From contig OZ037767.1 in the NCBI GenBank assembly GCA_964035545.1, positions 28,226,628 through 28,290,627 of the forward strand: a stretch of DNA of 64,000 nt. The letters run 5' to 3'. The translations under genes were made by a program, and so were the position numbers. Every line of letters begins with the position of its first letter. Within the stretch, counting starts at the first letter, position 1. The notes under the pieces were generated by a model that was not told where the DNA came from, ran no database searches, and saw only the letters and a program-made list of their open reading frames with translations. This document shows positions 35,124-48,200 of this stretch, piece by piece. The DNA comes from Bugula neritina (lineage: Eukaryota; Animalia; Bryozoa).

Positions 35124-38100
35124 ATGGCAGCTGCTTCTACTGCTTTCAAAAAGTTGATTGCTAGTTCGTCACTTGGCAATTTAAGGCCAGTTCTAGGAAG
35201 GTGCTTCCCATCTGTCCAAGTGCAGGCCTCCAGAAGTGCTCATTTCAAGTTTGTCGAAGATACTCCTGATCCAAATCTCGGTGAAATTTCAAATGATTTT
35301 ACTTTCATGAAAAATAGTTTGACATCATTTTTCCTTAGTCTATCAAAAACTGCTTATTTTTAAGATTTAGTCATTCAGATGGATATCTAAGCAATAGAAA
35401 ACCAATCACTGAATGCATGAAATTAGAAATCTACCAGATATCTATTGCTGATATAATTTACAAATGTATCTCATTTCATGTTCTTATTCTTACTCTTGTG
35501 AGTTATGTACATCTATTAAACACTTTGTTTACAGGATTTAAAAATATAGTATTTCAAATGACTGTAGCTTTTTCAGTTTAATTATTCTGATTGAAATGCG
35601 TTATATATTGGCAATTTGAGGAATCTATCCGTTAACTTACTGTTTACAGGTATAACAGAGAAAAAGAATTTGGTGCAATCTATAGCAGATGCTTTAGATT
35701 ACACTTTAGCACAAGATCCATCTGCCAGTAAGTGAACAGCCCTTTGTCTATACTCTATAGTCTATATCTTATATGTTTAATTTTCTTCAACATTGTCCTA
35801 CTTTAACTATAAACACATTTAATGTAATTTACCTTTACATGCTTGAAGCTTGTTGGTTTGAAAGATAAAATCACCTTTTTATGTAGATTTATCCTCGGAC
35901 AGTTGGATCCCTCAAAGTTTAACTCACTTTTTTCTCATTTTAATAGAACCCATCAGTTGTGATTGGAAATTATCTCATCTCAGTTTTCTATTCATCCTAG
36001 CCTAATAATTCATCAAAACTGATTGCATAAGTATACACAGATACTGTATATTACGTAAGCATCCATTTATCTGTGATTATCACTCCTTTAGTAATATTTG
36101 GTGAGGATGTGGCGTTTGGTGGAGTTTTCCGGTGCACAGTCGGTCTGGAAGAGAAGTACGGTAAGCAGAGAATATTCAACACGCCCATCTGTGAGCAAGG
36201 CATTGTCGCCTTTGGGATAGGAGCTGCTGCTGTCGGTACGACAGCTATTGCTGAAATTCAGTTTGCTGACTACATTTTTCCTGCATTTGATCAGGTATGA
36301 TGTTGGAGAAACACGAATGAAATGTATGGAGTGCTGTGTCGATTCAACTCCAGTCATTTTTAATTGAATTGACTCAATTTTATATAAATATACTTTAAAT
36401 AATAAGAGTGGTTTTAGAGATATTATATCAGTCTGAACCAACTTCATTATAGTTTATAGTTTGTCAGTACTGGACGTAAACGTTTGATTCATTCTGGTTA
36501 GTTTGTAGTTTCACCTGTTACATATGATACTAAAGTCATACTGTATACTGTAGTTGGTGAATGAAGGTGCTAAGTTTCGATACAGATCAGGCAATGAGTT
36601 TGATTGCGGCAGATTAACTGTTAGAGCTCCTTGCGGCGCTGTGGGCCACGGGGCTTTGTACCACTCACAGAGTGTTGAGGCATTCTTCTCTCATTCTCCC
36701 GGCTTGAAAATAGTTGTACCCAGAGGTCCTATCCAGGCAAAGGGTACGTTCATAGTCACTCATAACTCTTCTTGCCAACTGCAATTAATTCCCTGAAAAC
36801 GGTTGGCTAAGTACAGGCTGAAGAAATTCAAATATTTAGGAGACTTTGTGATAGACTCTCAAGCTACATAGCATGAAGTTTATGGAATGCAGACTATTTT
36901 GTAAAAAGTCAAAGTTGTTAGAAATTGTTTTTTGGTGCAGGTTTGCTGCGGTCCTGTATTCAAGATGACAATCCATGTTTGTTCTTTGAGCCCAAAGTAC
37001 TGTACAGATCAGCTATAGAACAGGTTCCTGTAGATGACTATCTGGTGCCTCTCAGTCAAGCAGACGTTGTCCGTGAAGGTAAGATTATAATGTACTTCTT
37101 ATTGTGACCTGTATTTGACCTTGCTATGACTTATAACCTTGCTATGACTCATGGTTTAGAGAAGTTCTGTGGTAATAGCTAGTTACTTTGATTAGATAAA
37201 TATTTCTCTTTGAACTCAGAACTAGATCTAATAGATACAAGTAGAAATACATTGATCTCAGGCTAGTGATGCTGAGAGAGAGGCGGGGCTGACCCACCCA
37301 AACTATATAATTGTAGCTGTATTTGTTTCTCATATGACTGGTCTGATACGACAAGCGCTTTGCAGAGTACTTCATGCTGGTGTTTTAGGAAGTGATGTAA
37401 CGCTGATTGGGTACGGTACACAGCTGCACGTGCTCAAGGAAGTGGCAGAGATGGCCCAAGAACAGCTTCAAGTATCTTGTGAAGTAATTGACCTGCAGAC
37501 TGTACTTCCTTGGGACGAAGACACAGTTTACAAGGTTAGACTGCTTGTGTCCTTGACTTTGTCTGTAAAAGTTTTCCGTAATAATTGAAGATGGAAAATA
37601 GAGATTCCATACCTCGTCTTGGTGAATGTAGATTAAAGTAGATCAGGCAATGATAATACCTTTATTGCATGTGTTATTTAGTTGTAGTCTTTAAAGTAAT
37701 GTGAATTTAGTAAAATATATAATTAAATGTTTTTCGCTAATATTTTGTCGCCAGTATAACAATATACGTATATGCATTGTAGAGTGTATGTGTATAGTAT
37801 ATAGTATATGTATATATACATTGTAGAGTGTATAGTATATGTGTATATATACATTGTAGAGTGTATAGTATATGTGTATATACATTGTAGGGTGTATAGT
37901 ATATGTGTATATACATTGTAGGGTGTATAGTATATGTATATATACATTATAGAGTGTATAGTATATGTATATAAACATTGTAGAGTGTTATCAAGACTGG
38001 TAAATGTCTAGTCTCACATGAAGCTCCCATAACTAGCGGTTTTGGTGCTGAACTTGCTGCCTCAATTCAGGTGAGTCTGACAGCATCCGAGTATCTATTT

Positions 38101-38527
38101 ATTTTATTTTAAATAATAATGATATGTTAGGAGTTTTATTATGCAACAATTCTAGTAAAGATCATGTCTGATTTCAGTTCCTCTACAGTTTATCTAGTTA
38201 TAATCCATCCTCCAAACACTGACAAATTTTCTACAATATGGTTTTCAAATACATTTATTCTTTTGTTGCGGGGAATTCTTTTACATGTTGAAAATTTATA
38301 TTTTATATGCAACTAGTATTTTGTGTGCAAAGCAACTACTACGAGTTATAATAACATAGTTAATATGTTCTCTTTACTATGTGTAGAGCGAGTGTTTCCT
38401 CCACCTTGAAGCACCTGTTGCCCGTGTGTGTGGCCCTGACACTCCATTTCCTCATGTCTATGAGCAGTTCATTATTCCTGACAAGTGGAGATGTCTTGAT
38501 GCCCTCAAGAAGCTTGTCGACTATTAG
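35124..38527 (+). CDS. BCKDHB: 2-oxoisovalerate dehydrogenase E1 beta subunit, mitochondrial
   Basis: Exons 35124-35280, 35650-35727, 36092-36294, 36554-36743, 36941-37078, 37389-37534, 37984-38070, 38387-38527. Motifs [69 protein letters not shown]; basic N-terminal transit-like peptide. Confidence 0.97.
37775..37988 (+). repeat. ~31-bp minisatellite repeating the BCKDHB exon 7 acceptor (CATTGTAG|AGTGT)
   Basis: About 7 units of acattgtagagtgtatagtatatgtgtatat; the last unit supplies the real AG at 37982-37983. Confidence 0.85.
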
Positions 38528-39656
38528 TTTAGGGAACACTACTCGCTGGATACATTCTCAATGTAGGTTAGTATTTAAACATCAGTTCAGTATTGAAAGT
38601 GGAGTCTTCTTTTAATTCTTTATAATATTGCAAACCAGAGCTAAACCAATATTTTGCTCATATGGTAATGATGTTTCGTTTTATTGCTGCTGTGCTTGTT
38701 TTAGCATTTTTCTACATTTTATGTCTGAGATGAGTGAATCAAAATACCTGAAGTAGTTTGTTTTCATGAATTTTGGGTCAATTTTAATCTTTAGTCAAGT
38801 TTCTCAGTGAGAAGTAAATAAAATTACTCGTTACATATTTTGAAAGAAAACAATTCAATACTTTATACTTGTCCTATTTATATTTGTAGATCAGAATGTG
38901 AATCTCAACCCTACAGCATCTGTTCTTCTAATCTCCAGAGTCTGCATAATTCCTGATTTATTTCACTGGTGGTGGTTAGGAAGTTCGTCATTCGTCCCTC
39001 AATTGAACCAAAGCATAATGTTTTAGTGGGATTGGATCCTGAACTAACTTTAGTAGTCTTCCATCACTGTCAGTTCTGTTGATTTTGCTTATGTTTATTT
39101 TTTGCTAAATGGTAAAAAGTTGTAGATCAGTTGGATTTTAGATACTCAACTGTATCTGTTGCTCAAATGTGGTCCCTACCTGATGCTTTTTACCACGCAC
39201 AGTTATGTTCACTTGTTTGCTTTCACCTCTGTGTTCTTTGTATTTGATGCTATCATATCATAAAGTTTTACAGTATAACGATGTGTCTAATAATTTTATT
39301 CATTGTATATGACAAACCTATTTAGTAAACTATTTTGCATCCATTATCAACACACTTTTGATTTTGAGATAATTGTTGCAATGACTACCTTTTCCTTATA
39401 CAAACTGGATCATTTTATCCTAAAAGATAAAATCTAAAAATATATTTCTATTTAATATATAGTAACAATTTATATGAGATTCGAATAAGAGACGCAGAGG
39501 CTGACGCAAGCTCGGGAGACGAAGAGCGTATCCATTCTATATACAGAGTGTCTCTGGTTAGAGTTCCGTGTGCAGAACTTCAGCATGCAAGAGCATTGTT
39601 CATACATGACCTTCACCTGTACATAGCTCAGGCTGCATGTCGTATGTTAGCGTACA

Positions 39657-42600
39657 TCATGATATCACGCACAAACGTGAAGTAACACCTTCATTCTCAC
39701 TTGTACGGTCACTTGCTGAAGGGTTAATGGAAGGCTGCGGCACAATTTCAAGTAAATGAGTGTGGCCCAAAGATTTTACTGCATCATATATACTCCTTGG
39801 CTCTAATGGTTTCAAAACATTTTTCTGGTAACCTCTGTTCAGCCAATTGTAGTCGCATCGGTAATTAGTTTTGAAATCTGTAAAATTTGAATATATAATG
39901 ACTGAAAGCAGGACAAGTTCTGACTACACAATGAATATCATATGTGCAACTACTAACATGTTGGTCTACCCATTCTACTAATCTCAAATACACCTTGCTG
40001 AAACATAGAGTTCGTTTCACATCATGTTGATAAATTGTATACATTTGGTACTGATAATGTGTATAAAAATGAATATTTACATATTTTGAAAAACCATAGA
40101 TATTTGTTGTCTAAAAGACAATGTGATGATTGATCAATTAATTATTCGATCATATAGCAACACAACCCACCATAGATTTTAATACCTCCACGCTGAGAAT
40201 TAGGGGCAGTGATGGGAAACATGAAAAAAGTCTGTGTTCCAAGTTAAAAATGTAGGAAAAGAAGTTATGTTCTCAGAAAAGTTTCGACCCATGCCCCAAA
40301 CCAAGGTTCAATAATAACGTTTTAGAACTTTGCCTATTTCAATTTTTTCACTACTGCTTCTAAATGCACACTGACACCTGTGAAATAATAGGCCTGACTC
40401 ACCAAGCACCTTCCTCTTGTTGCCAGCCAGAGCAGAGTGAATGAGCTCCATGGTGTGGTAGTGGGACTCTAGCAAGTCGCATATGATATGCTGACGACCA
40501 TACAACTTCACTGCTTCTTCATGCAGACTCACTCCGTTGTACTAAGGACAGTACAGCATGATAATATAGTATTGCACAACAATACTCTGCATGGCCATTT
40601 GTATATTAATTGCTGTACAAACAATACCAGGTGTAATGGCACTGCAGTTATGCTGGTAAATATTGCAGAATATTATATGTCTGAACACTTCACTTACTTT
40701 GATATTAACGCGGCACCAGTGAGAAAGTAATCGTTTAATAGCCCTAATATCTTCATTGATTATTGCCTCTCTCAGTGAAGGTGTATGCTTTTCGTACCAT
40801 CTTTTAGTCTGAAAATTTAAATCTTCAGTTGAAAAGCATTTTTTACCTAAATAAGTTTAGAATTTGCATTTGTTTAAAAAATATCTAAAAATATTTAATG
40901 CACATTAAGACATATATATTTCACATTTATATGTATGTGAAAGTATGTTGTTACTTTTTATATTGTAAGAATAATATTTTCAATTTAATTTGTTTGCAAA
41001 GTGAAAATGTGGAAGAGCTTTCCGAGGCCTTATGTAAACCACCTGCTGGCTATTAAGTATTATTGTTAATCAATACATGTCTATGTAAGTCATAGCGGAT
41101 TATCACTAATAGTGTGTGCTGTCTCCTATTGATTTTAAGGTACTGTAGTTAGTATAACCTGCATGTAAAAGGGACCAGAATGCCTATCTATTAACTTCAC
41201 CATGTACTTTGAGCCCTCAGCTCCCAGCTGAAGAAGTGACACCATCATGTCTTCTAGATTCTTCTTAATGCACTCACCTATAGAGAAATTCTGTCATGTT
41301 ATTACCTACATTCTAGCTAGTCTATGACTCAGTGTTGGTGACTCATAGATTAGGTAGGTTATTGTCCTCAGCAATGCACAGCTACAATAAGAACTCTATT
41401 TCAAGTTTCCTTCAGGGTGCAAATCAAAAGTATCATCATTCAATAACTTTTTCACAAATGTTTTTTACTAGAACTCAGTTTTATTAATAGTTTTTACAAA
41501 GGAACAGTAAATGCAGCATTCCAAGTTCATGGTTTTAAGATAATTTTGGACAAGTCAGAATTTGACAGAAAATGCTCCTTAAACTGTGCGTAATTATATT
41601 TTCTTTTTAACCAATAGGGGGTTCACCATTCTTAAAATATTTGTTTGTTTTAACTAGTTTTTTCTGAAACGTTCAAAATTTGATAGTGTTAAACGGTGAA
41701 CTAAAGAATAGCTGCATGCTGGTTCTTAATTGAACCTAAAATGATTCAGGTGTGAATAAATTTAATAACTGGTTTGAACTGTTCCAAAGTACAGTATCCC
41801 CACTTTGAATTTAAGATCAGGAGTCGTAAACCCCTGCATACAGTAATTACTATAATAAATCCACTATATATAGTAACACCTCGGACAAAAGCTAATTGTT
41901 TTTCAACTGAAGGTAATACATGAAACCTCTCAACCTCTTGCATATAGTATTTCATGCTATTGTTTGCTGCTTTTATAGCTTTTACAGTCTTGGCAAGTAA
42001 GAAAGTTGTTAGGAGAGTAAATATTAGTTCAACAAGCATGATTGCTCCAATCTAGTATATAGTATATATCATATATAATACTATTTAATAAAAGCCAACA
42101 TCTTTTACTAAATTTCATAAGTACTAAAGTAGTATCTCCATTAAAGTAATTAGCAGGACATCTGGTCCACCAATCAAAATCAGAGTAATAAATTGAATTA
42201 AAAAGCTATTAGTTGTTTAGTCACCTGTCAAAGCACAGACTGCCAAATTTCTAATCATATCTTATGGTTTTACTAAAATAATTTTGTCAGCAGGCTGCCT
42301 GTAGACTTACTAAGGGCGGAATTTCCTGCCATGTCCAGTGAGTTGACATCACAAGATGCCATGGCAAGTTCATGCAGCATTGGCAGGTACTTGGACTCAG
42401 TATGCTGCTCAGCAAAGCTAACTACCAACATGACATAACTGGTTCCGAATTCTTCATCTACCAGGTGAACGTTCTCCCCTACAAACATTCAACAACTCAG
42501 TGAGGGACTCAAATAAGAACTTATTTTTATTCTAGAACATATGGATTATAGGTAGTTATAGATTGGACTTTTAAAAGTGAGATCTAAAGCTGTAGATCTA

Positions 42601-44012
42601 TAAGTTTGATTAAATATGTATTTACTTTTAAAAAGCACATAGTTTAACATTATCAATTTATTGTTATCAATTTATCATGGTTTGCTTCCCAAAAATGCTA
42701 TGTAGAATAATAAATTAAAATAAAAACAATAGTGAAGATCATTCTAGAATTTGGTGTAGTAAACCAAACTGAAACTTCTTTCTATCACTGACAGAGGCAG
42801 GGCACGCATGCTATTTCCAAATTACTCAATTATTGTACCTAGACGAGAATCCACCCACATGTACAAATTATCAAGCTAATAAGCATCACACCATACTATT
42901 GGTAGACATAAACTCACCATATTCAATGCATCTTTGAAGTTGGAACAAGTTACACTTTTTGATTGCTTCATATATCCCAGTGTTGGTGAACTTGGAACCG
43001 TAACTGTGAAAATCTAGTTCGAAATAGCCCGACAGCGTAATGGACTGTAAGCGCTGCGCTACGAAGTCGTTTTCCCTGTCCGTGTTTCTGCTACTTTCAA
43101 CAAGGTATAGTAAACCTGGAACATTAGCACAGTTGACTAAACCCCTGAACTATTAGCACTGCTGGCTACACCCCTGAACTATTAGCACAGCTGGCTACAC
43201 CCCTGGAATACTAGCACAGTTGACTACACCTCCTGGAGTATTAGCACAGCCAGTTACACCACTAGACTATTAGCACAACTAGCTGTACTGCCGTAATATT
43301 AGCACAGCTGACTACACTACTGTACTCTTTAGTCAATTTTTAATGCGATTGAAGCTGTAATGAAAGTCTTGTTAAGAGCTACGTACATGTGCTACGCATT
43401 GTATATGCCTATTAGAATTACTAAAATATGCAGTGTGGTTGTTAAGGAGTAGTTTATGCTATAGTTTATAGTAACCTGCAGTTTCTATTTGCTTAGTACT
43501 CAAGCTTTTAGCTCAGGCTAGAACCTAAAAGATGTGCCAAGGAAGATAACTCTGTACTATTGAAAAATAAAATAAAAATCTATCAGCAAAGAAATGAGAT
43601 TTATTTTTGTGAACTCCCAAAAAGTTTTAAACTAGTGGTTGGGTATTAATAGTCTTTACTAAATTATTTCCAGCTGGTTTAAAAGTCGTGTATTTTGTTT
43701 ATTAGATTATAGATACATCATCTATGAATAAGTGGGCATTGTGATACTAGACTATGCCAACATGTTGATGTTATGCAAGTTGATTGCAATTTTTGGTGCT
43801 AAAACAAACACTAAAGACTACATGCTAAGTATAGAATTTAAAATATTACTTATTATGTAAGAATCACTGCTCACACATCAAAAACAATCATGTATAAAGC
43901 AGTAAAGAAGATTTCTAAACGTTTGTAACAATCAACAAAAATTGTCTTGCTTGCATTCCAATATTGGAAATCTGACGTTATATTTATACATACCATCGTC
44001 TGCTGAATTCAT
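39657..44012 (-). CDS. Ankyrin-repeat protein with C-terminal CaaX box (~324 aa, 7 exons)
   Basis: Exons 44012-43994, 43115-42918, 42478-42311, 41277-41159, 40808-40698, 40541-40403, 39877-39657 give 975 nt in frame. Ankyrin-like CDVNSLDMAGNSALSECIKKNLEDMMVSLLQLGAE and LREAIINEDIRAIKRLLSHWCRVNIK; ends SRLCVIS*. First exon is the least certain. Confidence 0.8.
43121..43320. repeat. ~29-bp degenerate minisatellite (CTATTAGCACAGCTGGCTACACCCCTGAA) x~7
   Basis: Tandem units abutting the acceptor at 43116. Confidence 0.85.
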
Positions 44013-45257
44013 TTGCTGTTCACTTTATTCTGGCTTCTGACTATTTCTTTCATCGTACAATAAGCTAATGCTTGTAATATGATGTGAACTTATATAATAT
44101 ATCTCTCAACTACACCTAGGGAGAAATATGTTGTGATAAAGTAAGGTAACCGTTATCCACACCTTTAGGATTTCACCTCTATTATTTCATAACTGCATAC
44201 AACACACACTAGGAGAGAGAATTAAGTAAGCCAGTCCACTATTGGATATTTTGAATGAATCTATAAGGTTTCAAAAGACTTGTTTGTTGCTAACAATTAT
44301 TGCATTGTGTGAAACCCTTTGTGCTATTAATGAATTATTTCACCTTTGTCATTCCCAGGATATTAAGCTATGAGGAGTTGACCCTTTATTATTATAGTGC
44401 ATGCAGTCCCAATTAGTAGCAAACGACTCCCACAGTTTAATAACATAATATAATATCCTCTATGTGTTTATTCATATAATGTGTTTTATGCGATGGAAAA
44501 GTTTGCAGTTAAATTTGAAAACTCCAAACGTAGATTTTCAACACCATGCTGGTCAGTTTTAGGTATGACACCAAAAATGGCAGTAAGTTTTGATATCGCT
44601 TGAGCAAATATGCTATTTGTTAAATTAGTAGCTTAAATACTACAAATACTACATTTTTAAATATTTACAGCATTCCATTCTTGGTTTTTTTAAATAACCA
44701 AAATTACTTTTTTTAATATAAATTTTATTGCTAATTTTTATAACTTTCACAACTGCTTGTTGAATTTATAAAGTTATTTCCAATGAGTCTTCAATAATTA
44801 GAATTGAAAAGCTATGCAAATATTAAAACGAAAAGATAAGACATTGAAACCTGAGTTTATACTAGATAGTTGCTGTAATAAAACAATTTTGTCTTACCTC
44901 GAATTAGATTTAATGGGTAAATAAAACAAAATGATCAAATAAAGCTTTATAATATTTAAAAAAAACATTACTCTAGTCATCATCAATTAAGTGTATAGAA
45001 TAAATGATAACTGGTTAATAATGTTCATAAATAAATTGTTGTTTTGACATGAACCTCTATCAATTTATTACACATAGCACTTGAAACGCTTTCTACTTTT
45101 AACATTCTTCATCACATATAACTATTGCTCAGTGATATTCAAAGGGTTTCTTAGCTTTTTAGTCTATAATGTTGGTAGTTGTCGTTCCATACTTCAAAAT
45201 ATTGAAACTGCTGCATCGTGGAGTCCATAAAGACTGTTGGTAGTAACTACTGTATCT

Positions 45258-48200
45258 TCATTCTAAGTAGAGCTCCTCACTCGAACTGCTGAACGGTTCA
45301 AACTCGGAGTAGTAGTTGTGAAACGCCTCCCTAAAACAAGCCAGAGCAACAATTGTTGTTTATATGTATAATAATATATTATATTATAGTAGAAATACGC
45401 TTTATTGTTGCATTCTTGTTTTTACAACTTGTGAAATATCTTTTGAAAATAGCCAGGCCTAGCTTATTTAAACCAAAAGAACACATGTAATAGACTACTT
45501 ACCCTACAACATGTAATGCTTACCCTTCTACATATAAACCTTACTCTTCAACATGTAATACTTAGTCTACAGTATGTAATACTTACTCTACTACATGTAA
45601 TACTTACTCTACTACACGTAATACTTACTCTACAGTATGTAATACTTACTCTTCAACATGTAATACTTACCCCACAGCATCAACTATAGGCTGAGTACTC
45701 TCTTCTATGCTAGAGTAACAGTGACACGCGAATCTTCTCTGAGTCGGATGTTTCGTAATAAATCCGAAATATCTGGGGTTGTCCGGATGGTACCCACAGA
45801 AGGTTACATTCTTCAGAGAAAAGAAATGGTTTGACACTGCCTTAGTTTCCTGCAACATATTATGTTGGTGAAACAAATTTTTGTTTTTATGCAGCCAACA
45901 CTTATAGGGAACTGAACCAATTGTGTAAACCAATAAACTGGTGCTGATTTGACAAAATCAGTTTGTGTATTGTGAATTTTGGTTGAATTCATTAACCTAA
46001 ATATACGATGTTGTTTGGGTGAAGTGCTATATGTACATATGAACATGTAGAATATACACCAACTACTGATCATATAGAATTAATAGATTCTTCTAATAAA
46101 CATTAGTAGTAGAGAAAGTGGTGTAGGTTTACCTTGCTGAATGCTAGCAACTTACTCAGCCTCTCACAGGCACTGTCAATATTGAGATCGTTGATCAGCT
46201 TGTGAGTTCTCTACAATTTCATTAGAATGATTCAACAACAACCAAACCCCTGCAGGAATTTCACCAAATGGAAAACTTATAAGATTCAACAACATATATT
46301 ATAAAGTAGCACATTATGTTATATAACATTGTTTTATGTTAATACAATATAGTGCCTTATATCACATTATATTATATGGTAAATGTTTCTATAATATACT
46401 ATAATTCAATATAATATGCATCATTATAAGCTGATGTTTTGCATTGTACCATTATACTGTATTATATTATATTATAATATATAAATCTATATTGCTACTC
46501 TGAAGATGGGTACAGTGGTACCCGAAATATCAGTGTAATTACTTTACCTAATAAAGTAATAAATAACAATGTTTCTCGTATACCTATTTATAATCAAATT
46601 GCTAGCTCGTAAAGATAATATATTTAAATAAATCTATATTATGTTATATCAAATCATATTATATTATATTACATCAAATATCGATGTGAAAAGGTATTAG
46701 TCATATGAAATAATACTAATTAAAGTTAAAGCTAGTTAAATGTTTATTCTCTACAGTCACTCAAACAGAATACGACTGCTTAGATGAGAAAGAATATTCA
46801 CTTAATAAACATATCATTATTATTCATAAACTGTGTACTACCTTCTTGTGTGTTAAGTCAATCATTTTAACTCCTGCTTCTGATATTTCTAGCTGACACA
46901 GAGGAGGAGTTGTGCTGTCCTTGCTCACTCTCCTGTTGAGAATTATCTAGAACAAAACACACTACATAACTGTTGTCATACACAGCTGTGTAGGCATGTT
47001 ATTATTGATCTGTAATACAACGTAGTAAAACATATATAAAGCAAGTTTTAAATAGTTTTCGATATATAAAAATTTTAGTACATTTTTAATCATTTCTATG
47101 GGATCCTTTCTAGTATCTTTGTCCAACTTTCCATGTACCCTTCCTCCTTCACCTCCCTTATACCCTCTTTCTCACCTTTTCTATTGCATCCACCAGAACA
47201 CGGCTCCCCTTATGGTGGTTGACCTCCAGAGAGCCGAGGAAGTGCAACTTGTAGAGTTTGGACTGAGGCTGCTTCACAGTTGTCTGCTCATTAATCTTGT
47301 AGAACTCCAAGTCTGTAGCGTACACTGATGGGAATATCCCCTGACTTTCGGAGGTCAGATTTATCCCTGCAATCATATATATTGCATACAATGGTATTAC
47401 TAATACTGAACTCAAAGAATGATATGACACCTTCAGTCTAAGCTGTTAGACCTCAGTCTAAGCTGTAAGACCTCAGTATAAGCTGAAAGACCTCAGTCTA
47501 AGCTGCTAGACCTCAGTCTAAGCGGTAAGACCTCAGTCTAAACTGCTAGACCTCAGTCTAAGCTGAAAGACCTACCTATGCACCAGCCATCATCTGCTTC
47601 GTGTAAAACATGTATAGAATCACCAATCTCTATTTGAAGTTCATCAGAATGTCTCGGAGTGAATTTGTGGGTACCCCTGTGAGTGGCCCCAACATGTAAA
47701 TCTACAATTCAATTATACTTATGCTAAAGTTCAATATAGTAGTGTATTATATACAATCCAGAAGTTTTAGATCACATCTTTTTGGCTGCTAACTTATATT
47801 ATAATACTAAAGAATATATTATGTACTTAACAAACACCATATACACCATATAAATCCAGCTACCCTACAGGACTGAGCAGAGATAGAGGAGGATATTATG
47901 CCGTATAAATGCCATATGCAGGACAATAAAATTTTGTATTAAAACACATTTTATTTGTTAAATTAGTAAAGGCTTAGAGCTGGTTGAAAGATATGTTAAC
48001 CTAGAGATCAGAGGTAGATGTACGTGAATGCGATGTTGAGCGGGTAGACAACTCTATCAGTATGCGGCCTTGCAACCTCCCTTTTAATTTGTAGTTTAAC
48101 TTCAAAGTGTAACAAAAATTGTCTATAATTTCAAGTATTGGTGATCATTTTCAGAAGCAATTAGTATTCGTTTCCTGCAGTTATTTATAACTCTAGGTCT

